From Escherichia phage vB_EcoS-G3B1: a stretch of 51,299 bases of DNA. Numbering within the stretch: the first letter of the stretch is position 1; each line of letters opens with the position of its first letter. Of this stretch, positions 36,161 to 45,689 are shown piece by piece. Location of the stretch: the sequence record MZ234033.1. One strand, 5' to 3'. The notes beneath the pieces are model-generated. The model was given only the letters and a program-made list of their open reading frames with translations. It had not been told where the DNA came from and ran no database searches. A program made the position numbers and the translations under genes.

Positions 36161-38158
36161 ATGATTCCAAATATCGAAAAACAAATATCAGCATTAGGCG
36201 AGGCAGTAATAAAAAGCATCCAAGAGCGATTCACGGTTGGCAATATAGTGCCTTATCCTTATCAGTGCGTTGCGTATGCAGAGATCGCAAAGCGCATGAA
36301 AAACTATGAGCATCCTTTCTTTGTTAAGGCTTCTGTATCGGCTGGCAAAACATTGATGTTTGCGATGGTTGCGGCGCAATGCCGCAAAATGGGATTGAAA
36401 ATGATGGTCCTTGCTCGCCAGGCTGAAATTGTTGATCAGGATTCGGAGGAGATCAGCAATCTTGGCGTGCCAAACTCAATCTATTGCGCCGGACTGAAAA
36501 CAAAAAGCGCATACTTTCCGATCGTAGTCGGTTCTGAGGGCACTGTAGTAAACGGATTGTTTAAGTCGTTAGGTGATTATGTTCCGCACGTTATCGGTAT
36601 TGATGAATGTCACCAGGTGGATTGGGAGGATCTCGCGGACGCGATAGAAAATAATGAATCTTACCAGCAGATGACCACTAAGAAGGATTTGCCTGTACTG
36701 ATTGGAGAAGAACAGCAATTTGATTCCAATGGCGATCCAATGTTCGGAACAGGGCGCACACAGTACACCGTAATAATCATGGAAATGATGCGTAGGTGTC
36801 GCGAGGCATACGGGCACGAATTGCGAATATTCGGCATGACTGGATCTGAGTTTCGCGGCGTGGTTCCAATACTGGTTGAAGATAAGAACAAAAAGGGATT
36901 CTGGCGTGAGCAGGTGACTAACATAGACACAAACTACTTAATCAAATTCGGTTCGGTAGTGCCAACAAACTTCGGCGACGTAGGCGACCTGGGTTATGAC
37001 CTTTCAGAGTTCGAAGCCAGTAGCGAGGATGGCGTTTCAGACTTTGACGCTAAAACATTGCGCAAGATGGAAGAAAAGATCCATCAAGACGCAACAATGA
37101 CACAGAAAATCATGGCTAAAGTCCATGAGATATGCAAAGACAGGAACGGAGTTTTAGTTACATGCGCAGGGGAAAGGCACTGCAAGGAGGCCGCCGCCGC
37201 ACTGCCGCCAGGCGTTGAATACAGGATCATAACTGGCAAGACTGGAGATAATCAGCGTAAAGAGTGGCTGAGGGAGGCATACGAGGGAAAAGTAAAATAC
37301 ATCTTCCAGGTACAGGCGCTTACCACTGGCGTTAACGTTCCGTTTTGGGATACTTCGGTAATACTGAGAAAGATAGGATCTCTAACATTGCTTATCCAGC
37401 TTTTGGGGCGCGGCATGCGACTGCTTAAGCAATGGCACATTGAACAGGGATTCAAGAAAAAAGATCATCTTGTATTGGATTTTGCAGGTACTATGGATGA
37501 GTTAGGTGATTTGTATTTCGATCCAATCCTTGAGCAAGCGCAATTCCAAAAGAGATTTACAAACGGGAAAGAGCCTAAGACTTGTCCGATATGTGGAACG
37601 CTAAACAGCTTTTACGCTCGCCGATGTATGCACGTAGACGATAACGGGAAGCGATGTGAGCATTTTTGGACTTACAGAATTTGCGAGGACCAGGTAGATC
37701 AGAGAACGAAAAAGATAATCAAGCGCGGTTGCGGAACAAAAAACGACGTAGTGGCGAGAGTATGCCGTTGTTGCGATATTTCTCTTGTCGATCCTAACGA
37801 GAAGTTAAGCGGCAAGCACTACACCAAAAACGATTGGTGCAACGTTAAATCTTTCCGCGTTGATATGACGAAAAACCAGAAAGGAATTATTTTTTGCTAT
37901 GAGCTTGAGGCCAACGGCGACACGTTCAAGGCATACGAAAGATTTTTCCCTGAGTCAGAAAGCAACATTTGCCGGACGATATGGAGAAAAATAGCATTGC
38001 AGCACATACCGGATCGCAAGATTGCTGGTATGGTGGCGAGCTATAGAAATGCTCGTAAAATAATATCATACGCTCATCACATCATGCCGCCTGTACGCGT
38101 AACGCATCGCAAAAACGGCAAAGGTGAGGATAACATTGCAAAACGGGAGTTTGTTTAA
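36161..38158 (+). CDS. SF2 helicase (DEAD/DEAH-box type)
   Basis: Walker A SVSAGKT and motif II GIDECHQ; 665 aa; followed by VRR-NUC gene. Confidence 0.75.
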   Translation: MIPNIEKQISALGEAVIKSIQERFTVGNIVPYPYQCVAYAEIAKRMKNYEHPFFVKASVSAGKTLMFAMVAAQCRKMGLKMMVLARQAEIVDQDSEEISNLGVPNSIYCAGLKTKSAYFPIVVGSEGTVVNGLFKSLGDYVPHVIGIDECHQVDWEDLADAIENNESYQQMTTKKDLPVLIGEEQQFDSNGDPMFGTGRTQYTVIIMEMMRRCREAYGHELRIFGMTGSEFRGVVPILVEDKNKKGFWREQVTNIDTNYLIKFGSVVPTNFGDVGDLGYDLSEFEASSEDGVSDFDAKTLRKMEEKIHQDATMTQKIMAKVHEICKDRNGVLVTCAGERHCKEAAAALPPGVEYRIITGKTGDNQRKEWLREAYEGKVKYIFQVQALTTGVNVPFWDTSVILRKIGSLTLLIQLLGRGMRLLKQWHIEQGFKKKDHLVLDFAGTMDELGDLYFDPILEQAQFQKRFTNGKEPKTCPICGTLNSFYARRCMHVDDNGKRCEHFWTYRICEDQVDQRTKKIIKRGCGTKNDVVARVCRCCDISLVDPNEKLSGKHYTKNDWCNVKSFRVDMTKNQKGIIFCYELEANGDTFKAYERFFPESESNICRTIWRKIALQHIPDRKIAGMVASYRNARKIISYAHHIMPPVRVTHRKNGKGEDNIAKREFV

Positions 38159-38577
38159 TGGCTATAACTGATAAAGGAGATTATCTTGAGTTTTACGAAA
38201 GAGATCCAACCGACACGAGAAAGGAAGTTAATCACCAGATAGATAGCTTTCAGTGGTTGACTTATGCTCATCCTTATTTGCTAGCGTGGCATACGGTAAA
38301 CGAGAATGAGAAGTCGAAAGTAACGGCGATGATTGATCAGCAGTCCGGCTTGGTTAAGGGGGTAAGCGATTTCATCATCCTGATTGGTTCAAACGGAAAA
38401 TACCCCTTTGCAGCGATTGAGATCAAACGAGTTAATAAATCAGGCAAGGGGAAAGCATCACCAGTCAGCGATGAACAAAAGGCTTTTTTGCGTCGCGTTC
38501 GCAGCTTAGGAGGATTCGCTGCGGTCGCCTACGGATTTAATCAGTTTAAGTTAGCTATTGAATACATGCTTAAATAG
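38158..38577 (+). CDS. VRR-NUC family nuclease
   Basis: SDFIIL...AIEIKRV...SDEQKAFL pattern (PD-(D/E)XK-like); typical helicase-associated arrangement. Confidence 0.55.
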   Translation: MAITDKGDYLEFYERDPTDTRKEVNHQIDSFQWLTYAHPYLLAWHTVNENEKSKVTAMIDQQSGLVKGVSDFIILIGSNGKYPFAAIEIKRVNKSGKGKASPVSDEQKAFLRRVRSLGGFAAVAYGFNQFKLAIEYMLK

Positions 38578-38618
38578 CACTTTTTGTTAAAACTGGCGCG
38601 ATGGATTGCGCCATAATT
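38572..38618 (+). promoter_or_regulatory. Cassette motif + hairpin + ATAAT
   Basis: AAATAGCACTTTTTGTTAAAAC starting on stop codon, hairpin GGCGCGATGGATTGCGCC, then CATAAT. Confidence 0.55.
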
Positions 38619-38657
38619 CAATAACACGAGATTGCTTTTAATAGCGGAGAAATGAAA

Positions 38658-39383
38658 ATGGCTAAAGATATTTTAGATAAAGACACACATGACGCATTCG
38701 TTAGCTTTGAGCAGTTGGAGAGAGAAACGTTTATAGGAAATGCTCTTGCAACTGGAGGCCATTACCAGGCAGTAAAGCCAAATCAATATTATAAGGTAAG
38801 CGGCAACCGATACGCTGGAAGCACTACGCCGGACGTTGTGCGCGATATGTGGAGCACACCTCAAGAGATCGTGGAGTGGATGGAATCAGAATTTGGCGAA
38901 TACGATCTCGACGCGGCAGCAAGCCATGAAAACGCAGTTTGCGAGAAGTTCTATAGCAAGGAAACAAACTGCTTAAAGCGTTGGTGGGGTAGCAACAAGC
39001 ACGTATGGCTTAACCCGCCGTACAGCAACCCAACGCCATTTATCAAGAAAGCAATTGAGCAAATGGAGCACAACAACCAAATTGATGTTTTGCTGCCTGC
39101 CGACAATTCCACGGCCTGGTTTTATGAGGCGCAGAAAAACGCGGCTGAAATCATCTGGATCACTGGAGAAGTTTACGAAGAGGGGGGAGTGGAATATTCC
39201 CGCACCGGAAGAATCGCCTTTGTGTCTGGATTGACTGGCGAGCCTGTACAGGGCAACAATAAGGGAAGCGTGATTTTTGTCATGCGCAAACTTAAAGAAG
39301 GCGAGGAGCAGAAAACGCGATACGTTAAGATCAGCGATATTTGCCCCTCTGTAACCGAACGCCGCGCGCGCAAACGGAGCTAA
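38658..39383 (+). CDS. dam: DNA N6-adenine methyltransferase (phage Dam-like)
   Basis: Catalytic NPPY motif (VWLNPPYSN); ATG 38658 chosen over 38652. Confidence 0.75.
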   Translation: MAKDILDKDTHDAFVSFEQLERETFIGNALATGGHYQAVKPNQYYKVSGNRYAGSTTPDVVRDMWSTPQEIVEWMESEFGEYDLDAAASHENAVCEKFYSKETNCLKRWWGSNKHVWLNPPYSNPTPFIKKAIEQMEHNNQIDVLLPADNSTAWFYEAQKNAAEIIWITGEVYEEGGVEYSRTGRIAFVSGLTGEPVQGNNKGSVIFVMRKLKEGEEQKTRYVKISDICPSVTERRARKRS

Positions 39384-39387
39384 CACG

Positions 39388-39645
39388 ATGAAAAAAGAGA
39401 GAAGCGTTTATTTAAATGAAACTGGCGAGTGGTTGTTATTTCGCGCTATGGTGTGCGATGCACTTGATAAAAACCCTAACGTGAAAAAGATGATTGATTG
39501 CGATCCGTGGGAATTTTCAAGCGCATTAGATATGAGCTTTGATGAGACAAGAAAACTCCCTCTTGAAAAATGGCACGAACAAATCAGAAATGATATGCAA
39601 GAGTTTGTAGATTCGTGGAATTTTCAGAACGGAATGATCCACTAA
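39388..39645 (+). CDS. Hypothetical protein (85 aa)
   Basis: ORF directly after Dam gene; stop TAA embedded in cassette motif. Confidence 0.5.
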   Translation: MKKERSVYLNETGEWLLFRAMVCDALDKNPNVKKMIDCDPWEFSSALDMSFDETRKLPLEKWHEQIRNDMQEFVDSWNFQNGMIH

Positions 39646-39707
39646 TAGCACTTTTTGTTAAAACGCCCGGCATTTTGTCGGGCATAATTATTTCATCGAA
39701 ACGAACG
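39644..39707 (+). promoter_or_regulatory. Cassette motif + hairpin + CATAAT + conserved leader CATCGAAACGAAC
   Basis: AATAGCACTTTTTGTTAAAAC, hairpin GCCCGGCATTTTGTCGGGC, CATAAT, then TCATCGAAACGAACGTGAGGAAA. Confidence 0.55.
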
Positions 39708-39720
39708 TGAGGAAATGAAA

Positions 39721-39900
39721 ATGGTAGTATATAGCAAGAAAGCATTTGACCAGGCGCAACAAGCCGCACGAGAGGCGGTAAAAGGTGGAACGAAAAACAA
39801 TATGCAGCTTGATTGGGGCGCTGCAATGATTCTACTTCGCGTTGCATATGGTCACTACCCATTAGAATTTGCGGAGGCATATTATAAGCATGAAGGTTGA
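39721..39900 (+). CDS. Small hypothetical protein (59 aa)
   Basis: RBS GAGGAAATGAAA before ATG 39721. Confidence 0.45.
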   Translation: MVVYSKKAFDQAQQAAREAVKGGTKNNMQLDWGAAMILLRVAYGHYPLEFAEAYYKHEG

Positions 39901-40132
39901 ACAAGGTAGAGAGGCGGTATGGAATCACGCTAAAGAATGCGGAATAGCCGACGATATAAAGAAGATCGCGCAATACTTTGATATTGCAGATGTGAGCATA
40001 ATTAGCGGCGATAAGATGACTTTCCTCAAGGAAAGGCCGCGAAAAATGGTAAGAGTTCCAGCAGTTCCAACAAAAATTGATTTCAAAGAGGCAATGGCTA
40101 AAATCCGAGAGCCTCGCAAATATTATAAATGA
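39890..40132 (+). CDS. Hypothetical protein (80 aa)
   Basis: First ATG in ORF overlapping upstream stop. Confidence 0.4.
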   Translation: MKVEQGREAVWNHAKECGIADDIKKIAQYFDIADVSIISGDKMTFLKERPRKMVRVPAVPTKIDFKEAMAKIREPRKYYK

Positions 40133-40226
40133 GGATAGTTATCATGTGGCGCTTGTTTGTTCTACCGTTACCCGTTATCATCGCTGTTACAGTTATGTAC
40201 CATATAGTGATGAGATAGGTGGCAGA

Positions 40227-41342
40227 ATGAAAAATGTAAAAATTACAGATGAGCAATTCAAGATCGAACGGGCGGCGGGTAAGACATATAAACAGATCGC
40301 TCAAGAGTACGGAATGAATGTGAGAAGCGTCGAGCGTCGCGCGGCGCGACTTGCAAAGCAAGGCCAGGTATCCACCATTGGAGCGCCTGGTTTTGGCGTT
40401 CATGGTGAGTCAGTAATGACTGACAAAGAAGGCAACATAATCCTAAAGTGGACTAAAACCAGCAAGGATAAAGAGCAATTAGAAGCATTAATGCGCGCAG
40501 CAATGGAGGCATTTAGCGAGGAAGTGCCGCGATTAGATCCGGTTCCATTACAGGAGCGCGACTATAACGAAACGCTTTCCTTGTATCCGATCTTTGACAT
40601 GCACTTAGGCGCTATGGCCCATAAGCACGAATGCGGCGAAAATTGGGATACTGCCACGGCAGAGCGCGTTATGAATAACTTTATCGACTATGCTTTAATG
40701 TGCGCACCGGATAGCGAAAAGGCTGTCATCCTGATTGGTGGCGATATGCTGCATAGCGACGGCCTGGAGGCGGTTACACCTGCAAGCGGTCACGTACTGG
40801 ATCAAGATAGTCGATATGCAAAATTGGTTTACGTTGCCATCCGTGCAATGCGACGAGCAATCAATAAAATGTTGTTAAAGCATAAACATGTTGAAGTCCA
40901 GATCGTAGAGGGCAATCATGACCAATCAGGAATGATTTGGCTGCGCGCAGCAATGGCGGCAGCATATGAAAACGAGCCGCGCGTTTACGTTGATGTTTCC
41001 CCTCGCGTTGTGCACCACACGCAATACGGAAAAACTTTCCTTGCGTACCATCACGGGCACACAGTGCGTAAACCGGAGACTTTGCTAATGATGTGCGCGT
41101 CAGATTGGCGGGAGGACTTCGGAAACTCAAAAACGATGTATGCGCACGTAGGGCACTGGCATCACCAGACCGTAACGGAAACGTCGCTTGGCATCGTGGA
41201 AGTACATAGCACCCTGGCGGCAAAAGACGCATACGCAGCGCGCGGTGGCTGGCGATCTCGACGCCGTGCGGCGGTTATCATTTACGACAAAGAGCATGGA
41301 GAGGTTGGGCGATTTGTTCACTATCCAGAAATGATGAATTGA
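40227..41342 (+). CDS. HTH-domain fused to calcineurin-like metallophosphoesterase
   Basis: N-terminal HTH (TYKQIAQEYGMNVRSVERRAARL); phosphoesterase motifs GDMLHSDG, GNHD, GHWHH; RBS AGGTGG before ATG 40227. Confidence 0.6.
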   Translation: MKNVKITDEQFKIERAAGKTYKQIAQEYGMNVRSVERRAARLAKQGQVSTIGAPGFGVHGESVMTDKEGNIILKWTKTSKDKEQLEALMRAAMEAFSEEVPRLDPVPLQERDYNETLSLYPIFDMHLGAMAHKHECGENWDTATAERVMNNFIDYALMCAPDSEKAVILIGGDMLHSDGLEAVTPASGHVLDQDSRYAKLVYVAIRAMRRAINKMLLKHKHVEVQIVEGNHDQSGMIWLRAAMAAAYENEPRVYVDVSPRVVHHTQYGKTFLAYHHGHTVRKPETLLMMCASDWREDFGNSKTMYAHVGHWHHQTVTETSLGIVEVHSTLAAKDAYAARGGWRSRRRAAVIIYDKEHGEVGRFVHYPEMMN

Positions 41343-41388
41343 TGAATTTTTATTTAAATCAATGACAAATTAAATCAAAAACTTGCAA

Positions 41389-41418
41389 AGGGGCGGCGTT
41401 TGTCGCCTCTTTTTTTTG
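41389..41418 (+). terminator. Rho-independent terminator before lysis cassette
   Basis: GC-rich hairpin (GGCGGCGTTTGTCGCC) then T8. Confidence 0.6.
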
Positions 41419-41487
41419 TTTAATTTTTTACCATGTACGTTTATCATGCGGTCAATATATTGACTTTAATTAATATGGAGAATAAAA

Positions 41488-41703
41488 ATGAAAGATTTTA
41501 TTAACGCAGCTACCGCTGGATCTGGCGGTTCATCTATCGCAAGCGCCGCTACAGGGCAGTTAACCATTGCTATTGCCAGCTTTGTTTTAATGGCTGCATT
41601 CGGTGCATGGGGCGCTTACCTTCGCTGGCGTGATAGTAAAAAATTCCACGAAGCGATCGAAAAAGGTGATATTCAAAAAGCTATTGAAATCAGGGGCAAG
41701 TAA
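41488..41703 (+). CDS. Holin (putative)
   Basis: 71 aa, hydrophobic core [21 protein letters not shown] with charged C-terminus; immediately upstream of endolysin. Confidence 0.6.
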   Translation: MKDFINAATAGSGGSSIASAATGQLTIAIASFVLMAAFGAWGAYLRWRDSKKFHEAIEKGDIQKAIEIRGK

Positions 41704-42194
41704 TGAGCATAAAGAACAGGGTAGCGGCTGCGGCCTTTGGCGTTGCGGTTGCCTTGACTTCTCCACTTCTTGAAGAGATCGAAGGGGTAAGATACAAGCC
41801 ATACAAAGATATTGCTGGAGTATGGACTGTTTGCGCAGGAATCACCGGACCAGATGTTATCCTGGGGAAAACGTACACTAAAAAAGAGTGTGATGCTTTG
41901 TTGGCTAAGCATATCCAGGTTGCTAAAAAGGAAGTTGACAAGCAAGTTAAGGTTGATATTCCTGATAGTATGCGTGCAGCAATGTACTCATTCACTTACA
42001 ATGCAGGTGTGGGAGCTTTCAGAAATTCAACAATGCTGAAACTCATCAACCAGGGGAAATTAAACGAGGCTTGCGATCAGCTTTATCGTTGGACTTATTA
42101 CCATAACCAAAAAACAGGAAAGCGCGAGAAGTCTAAAGGCTTACTTAACAGGCGCAAGGTCGAATACAAATATTGCACAATGGATCTGAAATGA
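41703..42194 (+). CDS. SAR endolysin (lysozyme-like muramidase)
   Basis: N-terminal weakly hydrophobic signal-anchor ([14 protein letters not shown]) and E-x8-D-x5-T catalytic spacing ([16 protein letters not shown]). Confidence 0.75.
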   Translation: MSIKNRVAAAAFGVAVALTSPLLEEIEGVRYKPYKDIAGVWTVCAGITGPDVILGKTYTKKECDALLAKHIQVAKKEVDKQVKVDIPDSMRAAMYSFTYNAGVGAFRNSTMLKLINQGKLNEACDQLYRWTYYHNQKTGKREKSKGLLNRRKVEYKYCTMDLK

Positions 42195-42586
42195 TGAAGA
42201 ATTTTTTACTTACACCAATCGCAATGGCGGTGATCTTGTCTGGATGTTCAAGCGTTACGCCACTGACCGGATTAATCGGCAGTAAGCCGGAAATCACAGC
42301 ACAGGCTGGAGCGGAGAACGTGAAGCAGACAGTTGGCATTACAGCAAAGCAGGACGCCAGCACAAAACAGGAAACCACAATAAAGGAATCTGCGGTTGAC
42401 AAGGTGGACACGTCCAGCAAGAAGGATTTCACAACATCAACCATTCAGGCCAATACCATCAAGGCAGACAAAATTCAGGTCGTGCAGGGTAATAACGGCA
42501 GATGGTACGATCCAGTAATCATATGCGTGGTTGTGTTTCTTGTGCTGATTTGTCTTTACTGGAGAGAAAAGAAAAAGGAGGCTTAA
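42191..42586 (+). CDS. Unimolecular spanin (T1 gp11-like)
   Basis: N-terminal lipoprotein signal with lipobox LSGC plus C-terminal TM helix ([16 protein letters not shown]); last gene of lysis cassette. Confidence 0.7.
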   Translation: MMKNFLLTPIAMAVILSGCSSVTPLTGLIGSKPEITAQAGAENVKQTVGITAKQDASTKQETTIKESAVDKVDTSSKKDFTTSTIQANTIKADKIQVVQGNNGRWYDPVIICVVVFLVLICLYWREKKKEA

Positions 42587-42602
42587 TGCCTCCTTTATTT
42601 TT
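42576..42602. terminator. Bidirectional intrinsic terminator
   Basis: A-run, hairpin GGAGGCTTAATGCCTCC, T-rich tail; between convergent spanin and minus-strand genes. Confidence 0.6.
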
Positions 42603-42825
42603 ATGCGTCGGGCCACATATGAGTTTCGTTTGTTGGCTTGTTCGATTCGTCGTACTGCCTTACTTCAATGCTGCAAGTGTCGCCGTACATTTCTGCAATC
42701 TTGCGCTCATTTTCAACCGCCGATTGCTCACTCCAGCCTGAATCCTTATCGTAAACTGTCGGAATTTCAGAAGAAGATCCATTTGCATGATTGTATACGC
42801 GAACTACTAAAAACTTGCTGGACAT
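42601..42825 (-). CDS. Small hypothetical protein (74 aa)
   Basis: ATG 42825 preceded by AAGGAAAA and cassette leader; ORF-track start trimmed. Confidence 0.5.
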   Translation of the reverse strand: MSSKFLVVRVYNHANGSSSEIPTVYDKDSGWSEQSAVENERKIAEMYGDTCSIEVRQYDESNKPTNETHMWPDA

Positions 42826-42845
42826 AATTTTTCCTTTTTGGTTGG

Positions 42846-42907
42846 TTCGTTTCGATGAAACAAATATACCCGACACAAGGTCGGGAGTTTTAACAAAAAA
42901 TGCTATT
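42846..42907 (-). promoter_or_regulatory. Cassette motif variant + hairpin + TATATT + conserved CATCGAAACGAAC leader (minus)
   Basis: Minus-strand GGAATAGCATTTTTTGTTAAAAC, hairpin CCCGACCTTGTGTCGGG, TATATT, TTTCATCGAAACGAACC. Confidence 0.55.
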
Positions 42908-43023
42908 CCATACGCTTTACTGTAACCAATAACACACCATCATCATTGCATAAAACGTGTTCAGTGGTGCTAAAAGCTCGCATATCTGAATAAAGTAGCG
43001 TAAGTAAAGCATGAATAAAATCA

Positions 43024-43419
43024 TCATGTGATATTGAATTTACGGCGCAGTGCTTCAAGATCTTGTCTATTAGCTTTTGCCTGGAACAATTCATCATCGC
43101 CCATCTCCCCTATTCTAGCTATATCCCTGATCCAGTCGTTGCGCATACCATCCAGGCTATACAATTCGAATCCGAAAGGCCGCTTTGACGATCCTTTGGA
43201 CCAGTATTTTCCGCAGACTCCATCTATATAACCAGCCGTCATCATTCTTGCGCAAAATTCCTTAGATGCAAGGCTGGCGAACATTCGCGGCGTAAGTCCG
43301 GCGGCCCGTGCGAGCCGCTCACATTCTCTATGCTGATAGATAAATTTGGCTATGTGCTGCCTGTTAAACCAATCGTATGACTCACACCATTTATACAGAT
43401 CAAGCAAAAACATAATCAT
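43024..43419 (-). CDS. Hypothetical protein (131 aa)
   Basis: Start overlaps stop of upstream P-loop gene. Confidence 0.5.
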   Translation of the reverse strand: MIMFLLDLYKWCESYDWFNRQHIAKFIYQHRECERLARAAGLTPRMFASLASKEFCARMMTAGYIDGVCGKYWSKGSSKRPFGFELYSLDGMRNDWIRDIARIGEMGDDELFQAKANRQDLEALRRKFNIT

Positions 43420-44996
43420 CCCAGCAGTATTGGATTGACAAAAATAACACCATTAATCACACAAACATAATTTCTTTCTTCCAGCATTGGCAGTAAGTGC
43501 CCTTCTATCCTTTTCATTACTCCAGCCTGACCAACGAAAGGTTTTACCTTTCTCGCTGATTCGTACAGGGCGCGGATATTCAGAATCCCTTTATTAGCCT
43601 TGCCGTGCCTCGTGATCAATTCAATCAATTTACCCATTTCAGCATCATCACCAGCATAACCAGAAGCATTGGCGGCGCTAATGTATGTTTTGCTCAATTC
43701 CTGAAACATGATCAACGCCTCTTGCATTGTTTCCACGTCGATCTCTTTCGACTTCTGCGGGTATCCGGCAGGATTAAACCAGTTACGGATAACATGCAGG
43801 ACGGAAGCAAGCCTGATCACCTGTTTATCCATTTTACCCAGCGCACCGCGTAACATTGTATGAGAATACTTTCCTCCGTCTGCAAGATGCGGTTCCATAT
43901 CCTGGCGAGCAATGTTGAGCACTCGCATAGCTGAACGGCTTATTTTCAGCGATATATTTGATTCGCTCATGATGTTATGCACCAATTGATAATATTGGGC
44001 TTTCAATTCAGAATCCACCGCCTCATAGGTAGAATCACCATTTTCATCAATGAATGAGCGACGGCCTAAGAATGATTCCTCTCGGACCAACAAAAAACGC
44101 TCACTAACACCGATGCCTCGCGATCCAGCGTCCATGATTCCGCTTATCGTTTCATCCTGGGCTATGACGCTCATACATCCAAGCGCGCGAAAACTCATAT
44201 TATTGTCAGCATTAGCACGGGCAATTGATACGTGACCATTATCCCACGCCTTAAGCACTAACTCACTGTTAGTCTTCCTTTCGCTATTTGCATATGTCAA
44301 GCCTAACAGACTGTTAATACTTGTTGCTTCATCAGATATTACGGCAAAGTTACCTTGCTTGTTGTTGATTTTCGCCAAGCCTTCTGGAGTTGTATCTGAA
44401 ACAGGAAAAGTTATATCACACATTTTTTCCAGCTTTTCCTCCAGATCCTCTTTTTCCTGGTATAGAGATTCCATATCAGCGCCGGATCTTTCGCTTTTCA
44501 TCTCCTTTGCAAGACCTGCCAGCTTTGCCTGTATTTTCTTTCTTTCCTTGCGGCGTTGCTCGTTGATCTTCTCAACTTCCGCAATCATCGGAGCAATAGC
44601 CATGCTGTTGATCGCAGATTTACCAGTTGACGGCGGCTGGCTTGTAACGACGTAAAGCGCAGTCGGCTGATCGGTTCCGTGATAGTCAACCGTAAAGCGT
44701 CCAAGCATAGCGGCAGAAATGCAGCCGATAAAGTGCATGTAAGCCGATGATTCAGGGAATTGAACGGATCGCGCAATGCTGCGTGATAACTTGCCGACAA
44801 CATCAATATCATTACCAAGAGAAATAACGGGGTAGCGATCGTGACCGCTATTCACATCCTTTACGTCGCCCCAAAAGCTGGACGACTGGCGATAGCCGTT
44901 AGCCTGAATTGATACGCGAACTGGCGAAAGGTTCTGGCTTTCAGCCATAGCGATTATTTGTTGTGGAGTTAATTTGTTCGTTTCTAATGAAAACAT
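43416..44996 (-). CDS. P-loop NTPase of unknown function (526 aa)
   Basis: Walker A SQPPSTGKSA and Walker B-like AVISDEAT; RBS AAAGGAGAAG before ATG 44996; first gene of a cassette. Confidence 0.6.
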   Translation of the reverse strand: MFSLETNKLTPQQIIAMAESQNLSPVRVSIQANGYRQSSSFWGDVKDVNSGHDRYPVISLGNDIDVVGKLSRSIARSVQFPESSAYMHFIGCISAAMLGRFTVDYHGTDQPTALYVVTSQPPSTGKSAINSMAIAPMIAEVEKINEQRRKERKKIQAKLAGLAKEMKSERSGADMESLYQEKEDLEEKLEKMCDITFPVSDTTPEGLAKINNKQGNFAVISDEATSINSLLGLTYANSERKTNSELVLKAWDNGHVSIARANADNNMSFRALGCMSVIAQDETISGIMDAGSRGIGVSERFLLVREESFLGRRSFIDENGDSTYEAVDSELKAQYYQLVHNIMSESNISLKISRSAMRVLNIARQDMEPHLADGGKYSHTMLRGALGKMDKQVIRLASVLHVIRNWFNPAGYPQKSKEIDVETMQEALIMFQELSKTYISAANASGYAGDDAEMGKLIELITRHGKANKGILNIRALYESARKVKPFVGQAGVMKRIEGHLLPMLEERNYVCVINGVIFVNPILLG

Positions 44997-45014
44997 TCGT
45001 TAGCTTCTCCTTTG

Positions 45015-45070
45015 TGGGCCGTAAATTTTAACGGCCCAATACTACCCCGTTTTGTCAAAAAGTGCTATTT
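45015..45070 (-). promoter_or_regulatory. Cassette motif variant + hairpin (minus)
   Basis: Minus-strand AAATAGCACTTTTTGACAAAAC then hairpin GGGCCGTTAAAATTTACGGCCC then RBS. Confidence 0.5.
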
Positions 45071-45286
45071 GATCCGCTCTATTGCAACCAGAAGTCGATC
45101 AGGCTGGCGGTCGCTGTAGCATTCTCCTGTAATCCCATCCTTAAACGTAAAGTAAAGCGCCTTATGATATGAAAAACCAATCAGCCAACCTACCGCCGTT
45201 TTTTTGGTTGGCCTGACTATATCGCCAGGCTTGAAAGTCTTTGTGGTAGAATGCGTTACTTTGTAACGGTTCTCACTGTTTATCAC
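45065..45286 (-). CDS. Small hypothetical protein (73 aa)
   Basis: ORF in minus cassette array with overlapping start. Confidence 0.5.
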   Translation of the reverse strand: MINSENRYKVTHSTTKTFKPGDIVRPTKKTAVGWLIGFSYHKALYFTFKDGITGECYSDRQPDRLLVAIERIK

Positions 45287-45669
45287 AGATATTTGCCCTC
45301 AAACAGATAACATCCGCCAGCAGAGAATCCGACCTCTTCACGGTACAGGTTCCAGCGGTCGCCGCACTCATCAAAAACATAACCCGCAACGCTTCCAAGC
45401 GGTCGCCCTTTCTCGATCTGGTATCGCTTTCCCTGCTTAAAGTGCTTTTTGCACGGCATGTTATGATCTACAAACGTGCAAATAACGGTTTTTGTGTTAA
45501 TTGCGCGGTAATCATCTCGGTTTGCTGGAAGCCAACGGCTACCCTTAACAAGCGTCTTAACCTGGAACTCTTCCAACTCGATCACATCATTACTTCCTGC
45601 AATCTTCTGATAAACCGTTTTAAAACGGCCTTTCATCAATACGTTGGTTTCATTACAGATAACATTCAT
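45283..45669 (-). CDS. Hypothetical Cys-containing protein (128 aa)
   Basis: RBS AAAGGAGATCTAATC before ATG 45669; first gene after cassette motif. Confidence 0.55.
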   Translation of the reverse strand: MNVICNETNVLMKGRFKTVYQKIAGSNDVIELEEFQVKTLVKGSRWLPANRDDYRAINTKTVICTFVDHNMPCKKHFKQGKRYQIEKGRPLGSVAGYVFDECGDRWNLYREEVGFSAGGCYLFEGKYL

Positions 45670-45689
45670 GATTAGATCTCCTTTGTTTG

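Noticed and set aside
42903-43097. ORF 42903..43097 (-, 64 aa)
   Set aside because: Overlaps the 3' end of gene 43024..43419 by 74 nt; its stop lies in the cassette motif only because the motif contains TAG; kept out of the feature list as uncertain.
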